Source: Chiloscyllium plagiosum
Lineage: Eukaryota
Reading direction: 5' to 3'
DNA length: 37,795 nucleotides
Assembly (NCBI RefSeq): GCF_004010195.1
Contig: NC_057760.1
Location: 1,003,909-1,041,703, forward strand
Part shown: one piece after another, positions 22,786 to 35,370 of the stretch
How positions within the stretch are numbered: the stretch's first letter is position 1
How the letters are laid out: each line of letters opens with the position of its first letter
Notes under the pieces: generated by a model
The model's database searches: none
Told to the model about the DNA's origin: nothing
The model's input: the letters and a program-made list of their open reading frames with translations, nothing else
Position numbers and translations under genes: made by a program

Positions 22786-22980
22786 TGAGCAGTAGGTTCC
22801 TCCCAAATCATCGCTTTGTTCTAAGCCTATACTGAGGCAGTGGTAGAAATAAACACTGAGGAGAAAGTGAGGTCTGCAGATGCTGGAGATCAGAGATGGA
22901 AATGTGTTGAGCAGTAGGTTCCTCCCAAATCATCGCTTTGTTCTAAGCCTATACTGAGGCAGTGGTAGAAATAAACACTG
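22786..22980. repeat. Identical 73-bp direct duplication flanking a 49-bp PLE end
   Basis: 22786-22858 equals 22908-22980; the insert 22859-22907 is the reverse complement of 6787-6835. Confidence 0.9.
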
Positions 22981-24419
22981 CCAGAGGAGGCAGCAATACT
23001 ATCTTTCTGATGGAACCACAGTTCAGCCACGCAAGTCAATGACACGTCTTCCTGCGTGTACTGCCCGTGCATAGAGGACCTCTGAGGTTTCCCAAAGGCG
23101 CAAGTGTTTGATGGCTGAAGCACAGCAGGGCAGCTTCTACAACACTCGCATCAATGGCTGACACACATGGCTTGAAGGAACTGTTGCGGTACAAATGGTC
23201 CATTTGGTGAGGGGCAGAGTGCAGGAGTTAGGCAAGTGGGAAAAACAGAACTGCACGTTTTATAGCCGAGGGCTTCCCAGGAGAGCAGCAGGATTCAAAG
23301 CCTAAACCCGCATTGTCTGCCTCGCTGGCCTCTGCCCTCATTTATCTTCCCTTCCTGCAGTTGCTTCACATTAGAGTCCACACGCTCCTGATTAAAAATT
23401 GGTAAACAAGAGGAAAGCCAGTGAGTTTAGAGTACAGAGAGAAAGACAGCACAGTTCATTTGAGATTCAAACTGCAGCTCCTGGATGAATTGTTGGATGC
23501 TGCCCTACCTCCTAACACAGCAAACCCCAGTGCCACTATCATGCTTTCCTGAGCCACAGCCAGGAAGGCACAGAACCATCTGAAATTTCCTTGGTGGGAA
23601 ATTAAGTTGTAAAGCTCCTGCTACATGACCAGCTGAGCAACTCCAGCTATTTTGCTGCTTCTGCTTAGAAACAGGTTTCCAATTCAGAATTTAGTTAGAT
23701 CGTACACACTGGCATGTGTGCATTTACATGGAGTTGGGGAAACGAGGCCACAAATGTGCAGAGACTCCAAACTTGTGAGCTAACATACTCCAAAACCAGA
23801 AGCAACTTTTAAAAAAAGACAAAAAAAGAGCGCAGAAGCCACCGTGACACTTGCTCATTTTTCCAGCCAGGCACCAGCTCGACAGGAGGGGTGGGAGGGA
23901 CGGGGGGGGGGGGGGGGGCTGGTTTTTGTAAACAAACCACGACCCATTGATGTCCATTCATACCAAAGGTAGAAGCATGGCTATAAGTTCAGCGAACAAA
24001 CATACACCCCGAACCTCAACCTTAGCTACACATCTTCTCAAAACTCACTAAGGCAGAAGCATATTAGGGTCAATCAGTGAAGACAACTCGCCCTTTCCAA
24101 CACGGACAACCTAAATGCTGGGTGTTGTGAATGCAAATCAGATTCCCTGGTTAATTGGGTTCTTCTTCCCCTTGCACAGGAATGTGACGTTTCACAGTCA
24201 CACTCAGTACTGTGCAAGGTCAGACACAGACACAATATCCCCTGAAGTTCTTCTAGCATGAGATTTATGAGCTGGGAGGAGAGGATAGAAGACCCTCCTA
24301 CGCCGAAACTTCAGAAACAAAATCTAGTGTTAGGTTGCTTCCGGTGCTATATTAGTGCCACCAATTTCTGGTATCCACATCTCATGTGAACTTGCCAGAC
24401 TTGCTAACACTGCTGGCAC

Positions 24420-24725
24420 ACAGGAACAAACCAATCAGAAGCTGGAGGGGCCCACTTGGCCCCTCGAGCCGGTTTTGCTGTTCATTACGATTGCAGCTAA
24501 TCTGATCACTCCACTTACCCACCAACCCCTGATATCCTTACACCTCCTTGCTCAAATCGAGAATCTACCCACCTCTGCCTTGAAACCATTTAAAGGTTCT
24601 GCTTCCAGTGCCTCTTCAGGAACACTTGTGATCCTCTGACTGAAATAAATTCTCTTCTGTCGAAAATGGGTGACCCCTTATTTTGAAACAGTGACCCACA
24701 AGCGGAGGGAACATTATCTCTACAT
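24420..24725 (-). mobile_element. CR1 3' tail
   Basis: gggcccacttggcccctcgagcc...atctacccacctctgccttgaa...gacccctta. Confidence 0.55.
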
Positions 24726-24739
24726 CCATTCATTTCAGT

Positions 24740-25075
24740 GGTGGTCCCTCACAGGGGAGGATGGCTGCCGTCCACTCACCCAGAGTGTCTGTACAAACTG
24801 ATACCGCTACTGCAGGCTCTGTTACACTTGGGGCAGGTGGTGGTCATGGGAAGGGGTGGGTGAGGCATTGGTGCGGCAGAGCACTCCTTTCGCGGTTTTC
24901 TCCTGGCTGCCGCTTTCTCCCCCCCACCAACGGCAGGCCTCAAGTTGCTTGGCCCCTTTCTGGACGTTCCTCCTCCACTTTGGACAGTCTTGGGCCAGTG
25001 ATTCCCGAGTCTCTGTGGAAGTGTCGCACGAGGATACATCCAACCTGCCAAGCACCCTTTGTCCCTTGGATGATA
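24740..25075 (-). mobile_element. RTE-clade LINE 3' end
   Basis: Minus-strand peptides ESLAQDCPKWRRNVQKGAKQLE and TCPKCNRACSSGISLYRH resemble the RTE C-terminus with its C2H2-like motif. Confidence 0.7.
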
Positions 25076-25164
25076 CCTGATCGAAAGACCCCAGTTGAAA
25101 GTAAAACTCCACCCGAAGGCAACTTCAATTTAATTCAGTGCTCACGTGAGAAGAAGCCAGTAGC

Positions 25165-25560
25165 ACCAGAGTCACATGGCATGGAAACAGACCCTTCGGT
25201 CCGACCAGTCCATGCCGAACATAATCTCAAACTAAACTGCCTGCTCCTGGCCCATATCCTTCCAAACTTTTCCCGTTCACGTACTTATCCAAATGTCTTT
25301 TAAAACGTTGTAACTGTACCCACATCCACCACTTCCTTTAGAAGTTTATTCCACATACAAACCATCCTAAGAAGAATTTGCCCCTCACATCTTTATTAAA
25401 ATCTCTCTCCTCTCACTTTAATAACGTGCACCCTAATCTTGAGAACCCCCACACTAGGGAAAAGACAACTAACTTTCTCTATACCCCTCATTATTTTGTG
25501 AACTTTTATTAGGACACCTCTCAACCTCCTGTGCTCCAGTGAAAAACATCCCATCCTTTC
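25165..25560 (-). mobile_element. CR1 (HER1-like) 3' end
   Basis: agagtcacatggcatggaaacagacccttcggtcc...catccaccacttcc...ctatacccctcattatttt. Confidence 0.7.
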
Positions 25561-25749
25561 TTTAGAGTGGCTTCAGCTTGAAGGATGCAGAACTTTAGCT
25601 GCTGACATGCGGACCTCCCACTATCAAAATGGGAAGCTCTCAACAGCCGAGGTGACTGCAGGATGTCCATTTCCCTCCAAGTCTTGCCTTGTGCTGCTAG
25701 CCATGCTGTTGCTCTGCCAGATATTCTGAGGAATGAAGATGTGACAAGT

Positions 25750-26290
25750 AACAATGAAAGCTAACAGAACATTATCGCTTATTGATGGGAGAACGGAGTA
25801 CAAAAGTAGGGAGATTATGTTTCAAATATATAAGGCACTGGTGAGATCACATTTGGAGTACAGTGTAGAGCAGTCACCTTATTTGATGTAAACGCATTGC
25901 GAGCAGTTTGGGGAAGATGGACCAACTCTATCGCAGACCTATACCTGGAATGGCTTGTATCCTTTGGTATTTAGAACAGTTAGAGGTGACTTCACTGAAG
26001 CATACAAAGATCCTAAGAGAAAGGGGTGGCTGAAGAAGAGGATGTTTCAGCATGTGGAAAAACATAGAACTAGAGATCACTGTTCAAAAATAAGAGGTCA
26101 CCCGGTTAAAACAGACGAGGAGAAATTCTCAGTTTTTGGAACTCTCTTCCTCAAAAGAAATGCCGGAAGCAAAGTCTGCGAATATTTCTAAGACAGATTT
26201 TTGATAAGCAAGGTGATGACAGAGGGGCAAGAATGCAGAGTGATCAGATCAGTCACAATCATATTGAATGGGAGAGCAGATTCAAGTGGC
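25750..26290 (+). mobile_element. CR1 ORF2 C-terminus and tail, degenerate
   Basis: YKALVRSHLEY (tataaggcactggtgagatcacatttggagtac) and RGDFTEAYK. Confidence 0.7.
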
Positions 26291-27789
26291 CTCGTCATGT
26301 TCGTAACTTTTTACATTCATAGTCTCTGCACTGCGAGATTATGATGGTTTCACCCAATCTAGCCCAAGTGAACTGCTGACAAGATAGATAAATAGGTCAT
26401 TAACCTAAAACTGCTGGAAATGCTAGCTTGGTCAATTGTCACCAGTAACAATCAATTGTACACACACCTCTAAAATTCCTGTCTATTTCCAGCAACACTC
26501 AATACTTGTATGTTGACAATCTAGGTGGTAAATCCCTCCCCCCTACCCCAACTGAGAAGGGAAGTCCTCTCACAAAGACCGAACTTTGGGATCTGACAAT
26601 AGACATCTCCCACGTAAAACATTTAACCAGCCTCTACTCTTTCCGGTTACTGGCTTGTGACAAGCAAATGTTGGAAGCAAAGGAAATTAAGAGCAGTAAA
26701 ACAGGTGTACCCACACACGAGATAAAATATTTGACATGCTGCCAACTTATTCTAAGCTTATTCTCAACTTATTTTTAAGCTGTAAACACGTCTGGTTCTC
26801 ATATCTCATTTCTTCGGTTCTGTAGAGGATGGTAATTATTTCTGCAGTTTAGCAAGCTCGTACAAACTGACAGGAATAAAAAGTAGTGACAACAGAACTA
26901 TTGAGCAATGCTACTCTGCTCTCCAAGTCAAATAAGAATGGTCGAAACTGCCACTCCTAGACCTTACAGAGATTACTAACAATTTCCACACCTCCGTAAA
27001 CTGAAACAAGGCGAGATAAATTCTTTGGCGAGAACACTGCGATATGGTGACAATACAAGGCAACAGACATACCAGAAACGAGAACTCACAACCTTAATTC
27101 ACTACAACCTCCAAAAGGTTCCCAAATGTTATATTTGCCTATTTTCATTTGGCTAGTCAGAATGCACATAATTTATTGCAAATTCTAAACTAAAATTCTA
27201 ATGCAGAACCTATAGGCTGCTTTATCGTGAGAATTTTAAAAAATATCAAATTTCATCCAGTGGTCTCAGATACCAAATCTTAATCACATAGCAACCTGAA
27301 GGGTACACTCCCACTCTCAGAGAAGGAAGAATGTAGTAGCAATGTTAATTTTAAATGCAGTTGGGTACTCACCCCAAATGATTTCTGCTCCCACTAGCAG
27401 GCCACATACAACAGAAAGCCACCAGGACCTTTAACCGGACAGGTACAATGGTCTCCTTCTATGCTAAATCTTCATCTACAATCTCCGGACTAAGAAGCTC
27501 TTAACCATCAACATTACAAAGGGAAAACAATAAGCCTCAGTATTCCTTTGGCAAATATAAAGGAGGGAATGAGACAGAGGGGTTGATCTGGCATGGCTCT
27601 CACTTCAAATCACTAAACAATGACTCATGTGAGTTAATATCATAGGACTTGGCAGCAAAGACTAGTCCAACCAGCTTCCCAATATTCCCTGTTCACCTCG
27701 AAGAGATACAATGACGAGTATAAGGATTTGGGGAACTGCTGCAGAACAACATCGCAGCTTAAATCACTACCAGAAAAGAAATCAAGTAG

Positions 27790-28080
27790 AAAACTTTTAC
27801 AAAGCCCTGGTTAGGCCGCAACTAGAATACTGCATCCAGTTCTGGTCACTATACTTTCCAGAAGGATGCGAGGTTTACTAGAATGTTTCCTGGGATGAGG
27901 CACTTTTAGCTACAAGAATAGTTTGTTGAAGAAGCTCGGGCTGTTCTCCTTGGAGTAAAGGAGATCAAGGGGGCAATTTGATCGAGGTGGACAGGCTTGG
28001 AAAAGGTGAACAAAGGAAAACTATTCCTGTTAGTTGATGGGACAAGAACTGCGGTCCAAGGTTTCGGGCAGATGTTTGGG
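27790..28080 (+). mobile_element. CR1 ORF2 fragment
   Basis: YKALVRPQLEYCIQFWSLY (tacaaagccctggttaggccgcaactagaatactgcatccagttctgg). Confidence 0.7.
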
Positions 28081-28869
28081 TGGGGGAGGGTGGAAAACAC
28101 ATTATTTCAACAGCTTGTCATATCGGTACTTGATGGAAACCAATTCCTTGCGGCTAATAGCACATGGGTAAGTGGGGGAGAAAAGGTGGTGGGGTGGAAA
28201 TGAGTGGATTACAGAATGGTAGCACCACTCTCCACCCCTATCCTCTCAACTCCCAGTGCTCACTTATCAAAGCAGAGAGCCAATATGATCTCAACAGGCC
28301 GAATGTCCTCCAGTTGTGTTGCAGCACCTGAGAAAACCTCAGAAAATCCATCAAATGAACAAACCATTTCTGAAGTGTCCCTACATTCAGCAACATTGAA
28401 CATTCCCTCAGCTTAAACCTGATATACTGCAGACCAGAAACCCAACCTACAGTTTCATGTAACATGCTGTCATTGCATTTTTGGAGAGGAGGGAGAGACA
28501 ACATTACAAAGTTTATATCTGGTACCAGTTATTTTCTAGTAACACACATATGGACTGTATATTAACTGCACTGTTTTTTGATATGCAACTAATACACATG
28601 TTCCCAAGACACAATAAAATGACATGTATTTCTTTTATAATCCTTTGTTGTCTCAAGGGCATGGAATCCTGTTGGGATACTTTCCAATGACTACCCTTCA
28701 GTATCTAACTCAGGAGGCCTATTCTTCACACAATTCCGGACAAGGAATGTTGTCAAACAACTCAACTACGAAGAAAGGACTCGAATTAACGTGGCTCCCC
28801 TATCATCTACCATACACACAAGAATGTCCCAGACAGGAGTTACTGCTGAATCAGCCATTGGATTAGTTA

Positions 28870-29525
28870 ACTCATAGGAACTTAGCAAATACGAAGAGTA
28901 GGCCATTTAGCCAAATGCTGGCTTGTCTTCCACATGAATGCTGTTTTCTTAATCTATCCCCATATGTTTTGATATGTTAACAATCTAGAAATCTATCAAT
29001 GTGTATTGAATATGCTGAATGATTAATCATAAGAAATAGGAACAGGAGGAGTTGGCCATTCAGCCCCTTCAGTCTGCATCGCAATTTCTCACATCCACTT
29101 TCCTGCCCTTATCCCAAAGCCCTTAATTCCTTTACTGATCAAGAATCTCTGTCTTTCTCTAATTTAGGCTTAACTAAATACAAGGACTCTGCCACCACAG
29201 TTCTCTACGCCAATGAGTTCTAAGAAATGTCAACCCTCAGAGAGAAGAAATTCCTCTTCATCTCAATGATTGAGCCTCCGTAGTCCTTTTGGGTAGAGAA
29301 TTCCAAAAGATTCACCAAGTGAAGAAAGTCATCGTCATCATCTCAGCCCTGAATAGCTGACTTCTCGTCCTGAGGTGGTGTCCTTGGAGTCAAGATCCTT
29401 GCTAAGGGAAAGATCCTTCCAGCATCTACCCTGTTCAACCCTGTACAAAGCAGCCAAGGTTCCATCAGATCACCCTTATGCTTCCAAACTCTTGAGAATA
29501 CAGAACCATCACCCCAATCTCTCCT
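28870..29525 (-). mobile_element. Nested CR1 3' fragments
   Basis: Two antisense tails (gagtaggccatttagcc; aggagttggccattcagcccc) plus a KGDLME-type motif near 29470. Confidence 0.6.
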
Positions 29526-29544
29526 CAAGCTTGGACTGCAGGTT

Positions 29545-30195
29545 CATAGTTCCATTAAAGTGGAGTTGCAGGTAGACAGCGTGGTGAAGAAAGTCTGATA
29601 TGCTTTCCTTTGTTGGTCAGAGTATTGAGTACAGGAGTTGGGAGGTCATGTTGCGGCTGTACACGACATTGGTTAGGCCGCTGTTGGAATTCTGGTCTCC
29701 CTACTATAGAAAGGATGTTATGAAACTTGAAAGGGTTCAGAAAAGATTTACAAGGATGTTGCCAGATTGGAAGGTTTGAGTTATAGGGAGACGCTGAATA
29801 GGCTGGGGCTGTTTTCCTTGGAGCGTCGGAGGCCAAGGGATGACCTTAGAGAGGTTCAAGAAATCATAAAGGGCAATGGATAGGGTGAACAGACAAAGTC
29901 TTTTCCCCAGGTTAGAGGATTCCAAAACCAGAGGGCATAGGTTTAAGGTGGTGGGGGAAAGATTTTAAAAGGAACCCGAGGGGTAACCTCTTCATGCAGA
30001 GGGTGGTGCGTGTCTGAAACGAGCTGCCAACACTTAAAAGGCACCTGGATGGGTAGATGAATAGCAAAGGTTTTGAGGGATATGGCCCAAATGCTGACAA
30101 GTGAGACTAGGTTAGTATCTGCAGAATATTTGGTCAGCATGGACAAGTTGGGCTGAAGGGTCTATTTCCATGCTGTGCATTTCTATGACTATGAC
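29545..30195 (+). mobile_element. CR1 (HER1-like) ORF2 C-terminus and 3' tail
   Basis: GQSIEYRSWEVMLRLYTTLVRPLLE / WSPYYRKDVMKLERVQKRFTRMLP; tail gggctgaagggtctatttccatgctg...ctatgactatgac. Confidence 0.85.
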
Positions 30196-30664
30196 CTGAC
30201 AATACCACCATTCCCAGGATTGGTCAGACAAACTGTCACTGTGCTGGCTATATGGAAGATATATCTTTTAACACAGACTAGCACTGCAACTCCATGTCTG
30301 TACCATACATTTATACAGTGCTTTGATAACAGAACACTGGGAGCTGAGGGGATAAGGTGGAGAGTGGTGCTGTCATTCTGAAATAAGTTTTAATTTGATT
30401 GGATTGGTGAGCAAAGCCTGGAACTGATGGAGGCAATGGGAACCCACACAGGATCAGAACGCATAACACGACTGTCAACAGTGGTGATGTGTTGGGCAGG
30501 ACAGGGAGGTTTGATGGCAAAAAAGAAAACGCTGGAAGGCCAGGGACAACTCAGAATTTGGTTCAAGCTTCTAGTACAATGAAACAGCCCCAGGATCTTC
30601 ACAAAAAAATACCAGAAATCAAAGTTTGACACCAAGCCAAGGATGCTGTTTTATATAAAGACAT

Positions 30665-30975
30665 TGAATCCCTGCAGTGTGGAAACAGGCCATTCAGCCC
30701 ATCGAGACCTACACACACCGCCCATCCTAACCCTGTAAGCCTTCCAATGTCTAATCCACCTAACCTATACAACCCTAGAACACGATGGGCAATTTCCCAC
30801 CAACAATCCACTTAACCTGCACATCTTTGGACTAGTAGGAAACCAGAGCATCCAGAGGAAACCCACGCAGACACAGGGATGACATGCAAATTCCAAACAG
30901 CAAGTTGCCCAAGAGTGGAATCAAACCCTGGCCCTTGGCGCTCCGAGGTAGTAGTGCCAACCATGGAGCCACCAT
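30665..30975 (-). mobile_element. HE1/V-SINE-like SINE
   Basis: Reverse-complement homolog of 19555-19862. Confidence 0.8.
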
Positions 30976-30984
30976 GCCATCCCC

Positions 30985-31265
30985 ATTTGGAGATGTGGGT
31001 TTCATTGGCCTGGCTACTATTTATTGCCCATCCCCAAATGTCCACGAGAAGTGGGAGGTGAGCAGTCTTCTTGAACTAGTACAGAGATTCAATGTTGGTG
31101 CACCTACAGTTCTATTAGCGAGGGCATTTCAGGATTTTGACTCGGCAACACTGAAGGAAAAGTGGTATACTTCCAAGTCAGGAGGGTGCAGGGGTGGTAC
31201 TCCCTTGCATCTGCTGCCTTTGTCCTTCTTGATGGGTATGGTCAAGGGCGTGGAAGGTGCTGTCC
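30985..31265 (-). mobile_element. Old LINE 3' end (family of 2545-2975)
   Basis: atttattgcccatcccc...ggtgagcagtcttcttgaac...ttccaagtcagga...catctgctgcctttgtccttct. Confidence 0.55.
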
Positions 31266-32479
31266 AGGGCCAGGGGACCAAAACCTCAGATTTAAAGGAC
31301 AGTCTTAAAAAGAGGAGTTTGGGGCTCAGTCAATTGACGGAATGGCCACAACTGATAGAGTAGTTTAAACTGGGAATGTGCACAATGCCAGAATTAAAGG
31401 AGCACAAATAGTTCAGGAAGCCTTTATTCAAGAACCTGCAGATAAAGAATATTTTCAGTTTTTGGATTCATTTATCAATAGGTACATTCTAGCCCTTTTT
31501 TAAAAAAAAAAATGGGTGGGTGGCAGGGAGTCACTTTTACCTCAGTTTGGGCAAAGAAAAGTATTTTTGTAAAGAATCTGAACTCAGAGCCTCTACAGAT
31601 CAATTCACGAAAAGACCCAGAAAAACCGTTTTGCGGACATTTGGTCGTAGGATTTCCAATCTGCATCGGGGAAGTCCGTGAGGATGGAGGAGACTACAGA
31701 TAGGGAGGGGCTAAACCCTGGACAGATTTGAAAACAAGAATGGTCATTTTTAAGACCAAGGCATTGCTTGAATGTGCATTTGTCAGCAAAGGGAAATAAG
31801 ACTTGCTACAGGGGTAGCAGAGCTTCAATTCACAGAGTGCAGAGCGAGATAGAGCAGGCAAGAATCAGCCAAAAACAATAGCAAGAATGAGGGGAACAAC
31901 TATCTCGGTTGTGTAGTTAAAAACCAAAACAGGACAAGAAGAACAGGATGGGTCCATGGTGGGTTGAGGATGATTTGAACGTGATGAATTGAATGGGAGC
32001 ACAAAAGGTGGTCATTTCCACATGTTATACTGTTGCAGTGAAGGTAGTAATTGGCCCACAGACTTTCGAGATACATTGCGTATGTTCCACAATTTAATCC
32101 ACGGCACTGTACCATTTGGTTACAGTATTTTGCTAACCGATCCTTCCGAGAATTTATTCGTATACTGAACATAGAATAGGGGGAATCAGTGCCTGAAATT
32201 CTAAGTCAGTGTACTTTCCAAATCCATATTTTGAAAGCTGTTATGAGCAGATAAACCTCACGGGGAACCACCTGAAAACAGCTGGTTCTAAAGACAGATG
32301 GTTCTTGGTGTTATTACTAAAGCTTCAACACATCTAATATGCATTCCAAGTCATTAAAACACAATTCAACTTTTTAAATAGATGTCAAACTAATTAGCAA
32401 GCAATGTTTAGTTCGAAATTTTGGGTTCTGATTCACCCAGAATGGTTATAGTGTAGAAGGCGGCCATGGGGCCCATCAC

Positions 32480-32665
32480 TGCCACAGAAGGCTGGGGAGG
32501 CCACATCATTGAGCATATTTAAGACAGAGATAGATAGGTTTTTGATTGTCAAGGGGATCAAGGGTTTATGGGGAGAATGGGGTTCAGAAACCTATCAGCC
32601 ATGATTGAATGGCGGAGCAGACTCGATGAGCTGAATGGCCTCACTTCAGCTCCTACGTCTTATGG
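32480..32665 (+). mobile_element. CR1 3' tail
   Basis: tttaagacagagatagataggttt...gaatggcggagcagactcgatgagctgaatggcct. Confidence 0.7.
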
Positions 32666-33049
32666 TGTCTGTGCCGGCTCTCCAAAAGGAGCAATTCATC
32701 TAGTGGTTATCTCCTCATAGCTTTGCACAATTTTCCTTTTCAAATTACAGTCGAATTCTCTTTTGAATGCTGCAAGTCAAACGTTCTGCCTTTCCGGAAC
32801 ATATACACTCACTGTCGCTCTTCCATATCTTGCCATTTCTGAGCATAAGTTAGAATTAGGTTTGTTGTCACAAAAAGGGAAAGTACATACCCAGCAATCA
32901 ATGCAAACTCAAACAAAACTGTGAAACGTGGTCCTTGCAAAAGGAAATTCTTCAGGGTATACTATTTTTTCCGTTTGCTGATGAACAAATGGAAAAATAT
33001 ATTTCTTTTGGAGTAATAATCTTGCTGATTTAGAACTAAAACATGGCTG

Positions 33050-33570
33050 AAAGGAGACAAGAAGCGTTGCATTTTACACTCACCAGGACTAGGACATAAG
33101 AAACAAACTTGATAACATAAACACCAATTCATACAAGATGAGAATACGACGCTGACTGGTTGTGCCGTCACTGAAACAGAGATACAGCAGGAACAATTAA
33201 CCGATCTTAATTCCCAGACCAAGTGGGTGGATTATGATTGGTCAAGGTGTTGTCCTGGAAATGCGCCAGCGATTGGCTATCTCTATCGCCCCTTTTTCTT
33301 CCAAGAGAAGGGGGTGCAAACAAATGCACAAATTTCTTTTGCCTACATAAAACAGGATCCTGTGTCTTACCATTTGTAGTTTACAGCACAGTCTAATGCA
33401 TCACTGGCTGATGATCGTAAGTTGGCTTCCAGAGTAACATTTAGCACGGTCTGGATTATTTAACAAATAGCAAGCCCAACAGCAGAATCACATCGAAGGG
33501 TAGACATACTTTTGATGCTTGCAATCACAGGGCTGATAGTACTCAATCAGTATGTTTCCTGCTGCAATTG
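33050..33570 (-). mobile_element. Degenerate PLE 3' end: GIY-YIG endonuclease C-terminus plus pLTR
   Basis: Minus strand RCDSAVG, then (frameshift) LLNNPDRAKCYSGSQLTIISQ, then TQDPVLCRQKKFVH; followed by CCAAT boxes and a decayed hammerhead gtcCTGGTGAgtgtaaaatGCAAcgctTC. Confidence 0.65.
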
Positions 33571-33919
33571 GTTAACAAGATGTACCACTGCACCACAAAA
33601 GCCCTCCAAATTAACATTTCCTTTATTTTCTAATCAACCTGTTCAGAGATGTTATCATTCACCTCTGAAGCAGATAAGACTTGAATGCGGGGCCTCTCAA
33701 TCCAGAGTTTGCAACAATACCACTGAGTCATGAGCTCCTTAAACTTAACAATTCATTCACATCATATGCACGTGACATCAGCAGAAATAAAAAAGACGTT
33801 TACACTTCTATGCAAGTTGTTGTAAAGTACATTCAAAAGTGCATTTTAAGGAATGGTGACCTCCAGACTAACAGATAAACTTTCTGCTCTCAACATCAAT
33901 TATCAAAGGATCCAAAAGT

Positions 33920-34065
33920 GGACGGGTATATGAATAGGAAGGGTTTGGAGGGATACGGGCCGGGTGCTGGCAGGTAGGACTAGATTGGGTTGGGATATCT
34001 GGTCCGGCACTGACAGGTTGGACCGTAGGGTCTGTTTCCGTGCTGTACATCTCTATGACTCTAAG
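33920..34065 (+). mobile_element. CR1 (HER1-like) 3' tail
   Basis: ggacgggtatatgaataggaagggtttggagggata...gggtctgtttccgtgctgtacatctctatgactcta. Confidence 0.8.
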
Positions 34066-34254
34066 AGTCCTAGCTAGAATCTCTCATTTCAGAGTCTCCA
34101 TTTTAAACACTCTTCACACAAGGGTGCATCTGAACCCTTAAATAGTTTAAAAAAAAGATTAATAGAAGCTAAGATTTCTGTTGCACTTCCGAGGAGTCAG
34201 TCATCACTCATAGTTCACACATGCACCTCATGAGTCACAACGTTAGGTATTCAT

Positions 34255-35025
34255 GTCCCAAATAAATCTAGGCTAACACTCCAGTGCAGTACTGAGGGTG
34301 TTGTACACTGTCAGGGGTGTCATTTTTGATTGATACTTCAAGCAGATGCCCGCTCTACCTGCCCTCTCATGTGGACAGTAACAATCTCAAATCACAGAAT
34401 TATTACAGTAGAGGAAGGGGCCATTTTGCCCACTGTCATCTACACCAACTGTCCAAGTACTGTTCTTCTGCCTACTCTTCATTATTTCGGCACAATCTTC
34501 ACATCAGCAGTCTAACTTGGTTCTGAAATGTTTCAATTCAACACTCCTCCATTACACTGTCTGGCAACACCTTCTCTGTACAACAAGGTACAACCAGATC
34601 AGTCACCTGGGGCCAAGATATATCCTTCAAAACACAAATATATTGTTCACTCATTACCCCTTGGTTGCTTGTGGGATCTTGCTGTTACCATTTGCTGCAC
34701 TTCCCTCATAACAAGGGTAACTACACTGTCCCTAAAGTAAAAAAAAAGGTAGAGGTAAAGTCACCGTAATACCAGAGGAGGGAGACAGAACTAGTGATGA
34801 GTTTAACCAGAGGGTCACCATGCCTCAGACAGGGGGAAAGAGGTTATGAAGGGCAGTCCTTCATAGTAAACTCAGCCGGTACAGAAATTTTAAATCATGC
34901 TGTTGGCACCACTGCATCATAAACCAGCTGTCCAGCCAACTAAACTAACTGGCTCATTCACAAAAGTACTCTGGTGCTTGACAAACAGAGAGGCCGTGAA
35001 AGGCACTATAGAGGTACAAATCTTC
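34255..35025 (+). mobile_element. Deu-domain SINE relic (SacSINE1/AmnSINE1-like), split by two insertions
   Basis: ctccagtgcagtactgaggg...ctgccctctcatgtggac; gtgggatcttgctgt...actacact; gtgaaaggcactata tail. Confidence 0.55.
34745..34955 (-). mobile_element. tRNA-headed SINE (family of 10490-10695)
   Basis: gtttaaccagagggtcacca...aaaccagctgtccagccaactaaactaac. Confidence 0.55.
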
Positions 35026-35047
35026 ACTCTTTTCTGTCACTCTTGAA

Positions 35048-35370
35048 GGGTGGCACAGTGGCTAGAACTGCTGCTTCACAGCAATAGGGACCCGGGTTCG
35101 ATTCCAGCCTCAGGCAACTGTCTGCATGGAGTATGCACATTCCCTCAGTGTCTACATGGATTCCCTTGGGTGCTCCAGTTTCCTCCCACAGTCCAAAGCT
35201 GTGCAGGTTAGGGTGGATTGGCGATGCTAAATTGCCTATAGTGTGCAGGTTAGGTAGATTAGCCATGGGATATGCAGAGTTAAAGGGATGGGTTGGGTCT
35301 AGGTGGGATGCTGGTCGGTGTCGGTGTCGACTTGATGGGCCAAATGGGCTGCTTCCACACTATAGGGACT
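35048..35370 (+). mobile_element. HE1/V-SINE-like SINE
   Basis: gggtggcacagtggctag, B-box ggttcgattcc, cccacagtccaaag...gcttccacactataggga. Confidence 0.8.

Noticed and set aside
22786..22980. Repeat-spacer-repeat resembling a CRISPR unit
   Set aside because: Eukaryotic context, only two 73-bp copies, the spacer is a PLE end, and there are no cas genes.
20237..23918. Poly-G runs (about 20237 and 23902) and a C-rich tract (about 20985-21020) as G-quadruplexes
   Set aside because: Simple low-complexity tracts with uncertain homopolymer length and no independent sign of function.
24761..25303. 180-aa plus-strand ORF
   Set aside because: It is antisense to the RTE and CR1 relics; not a gene.
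33084..33088. Apparent 5-nt microexon AG|TCCTG|GTGAGT on the minus strand
   Set aside because: It lies within the decayed hammerhead of a PLE relic, and the same motif occurs at about 5562 in the opposite orientation.
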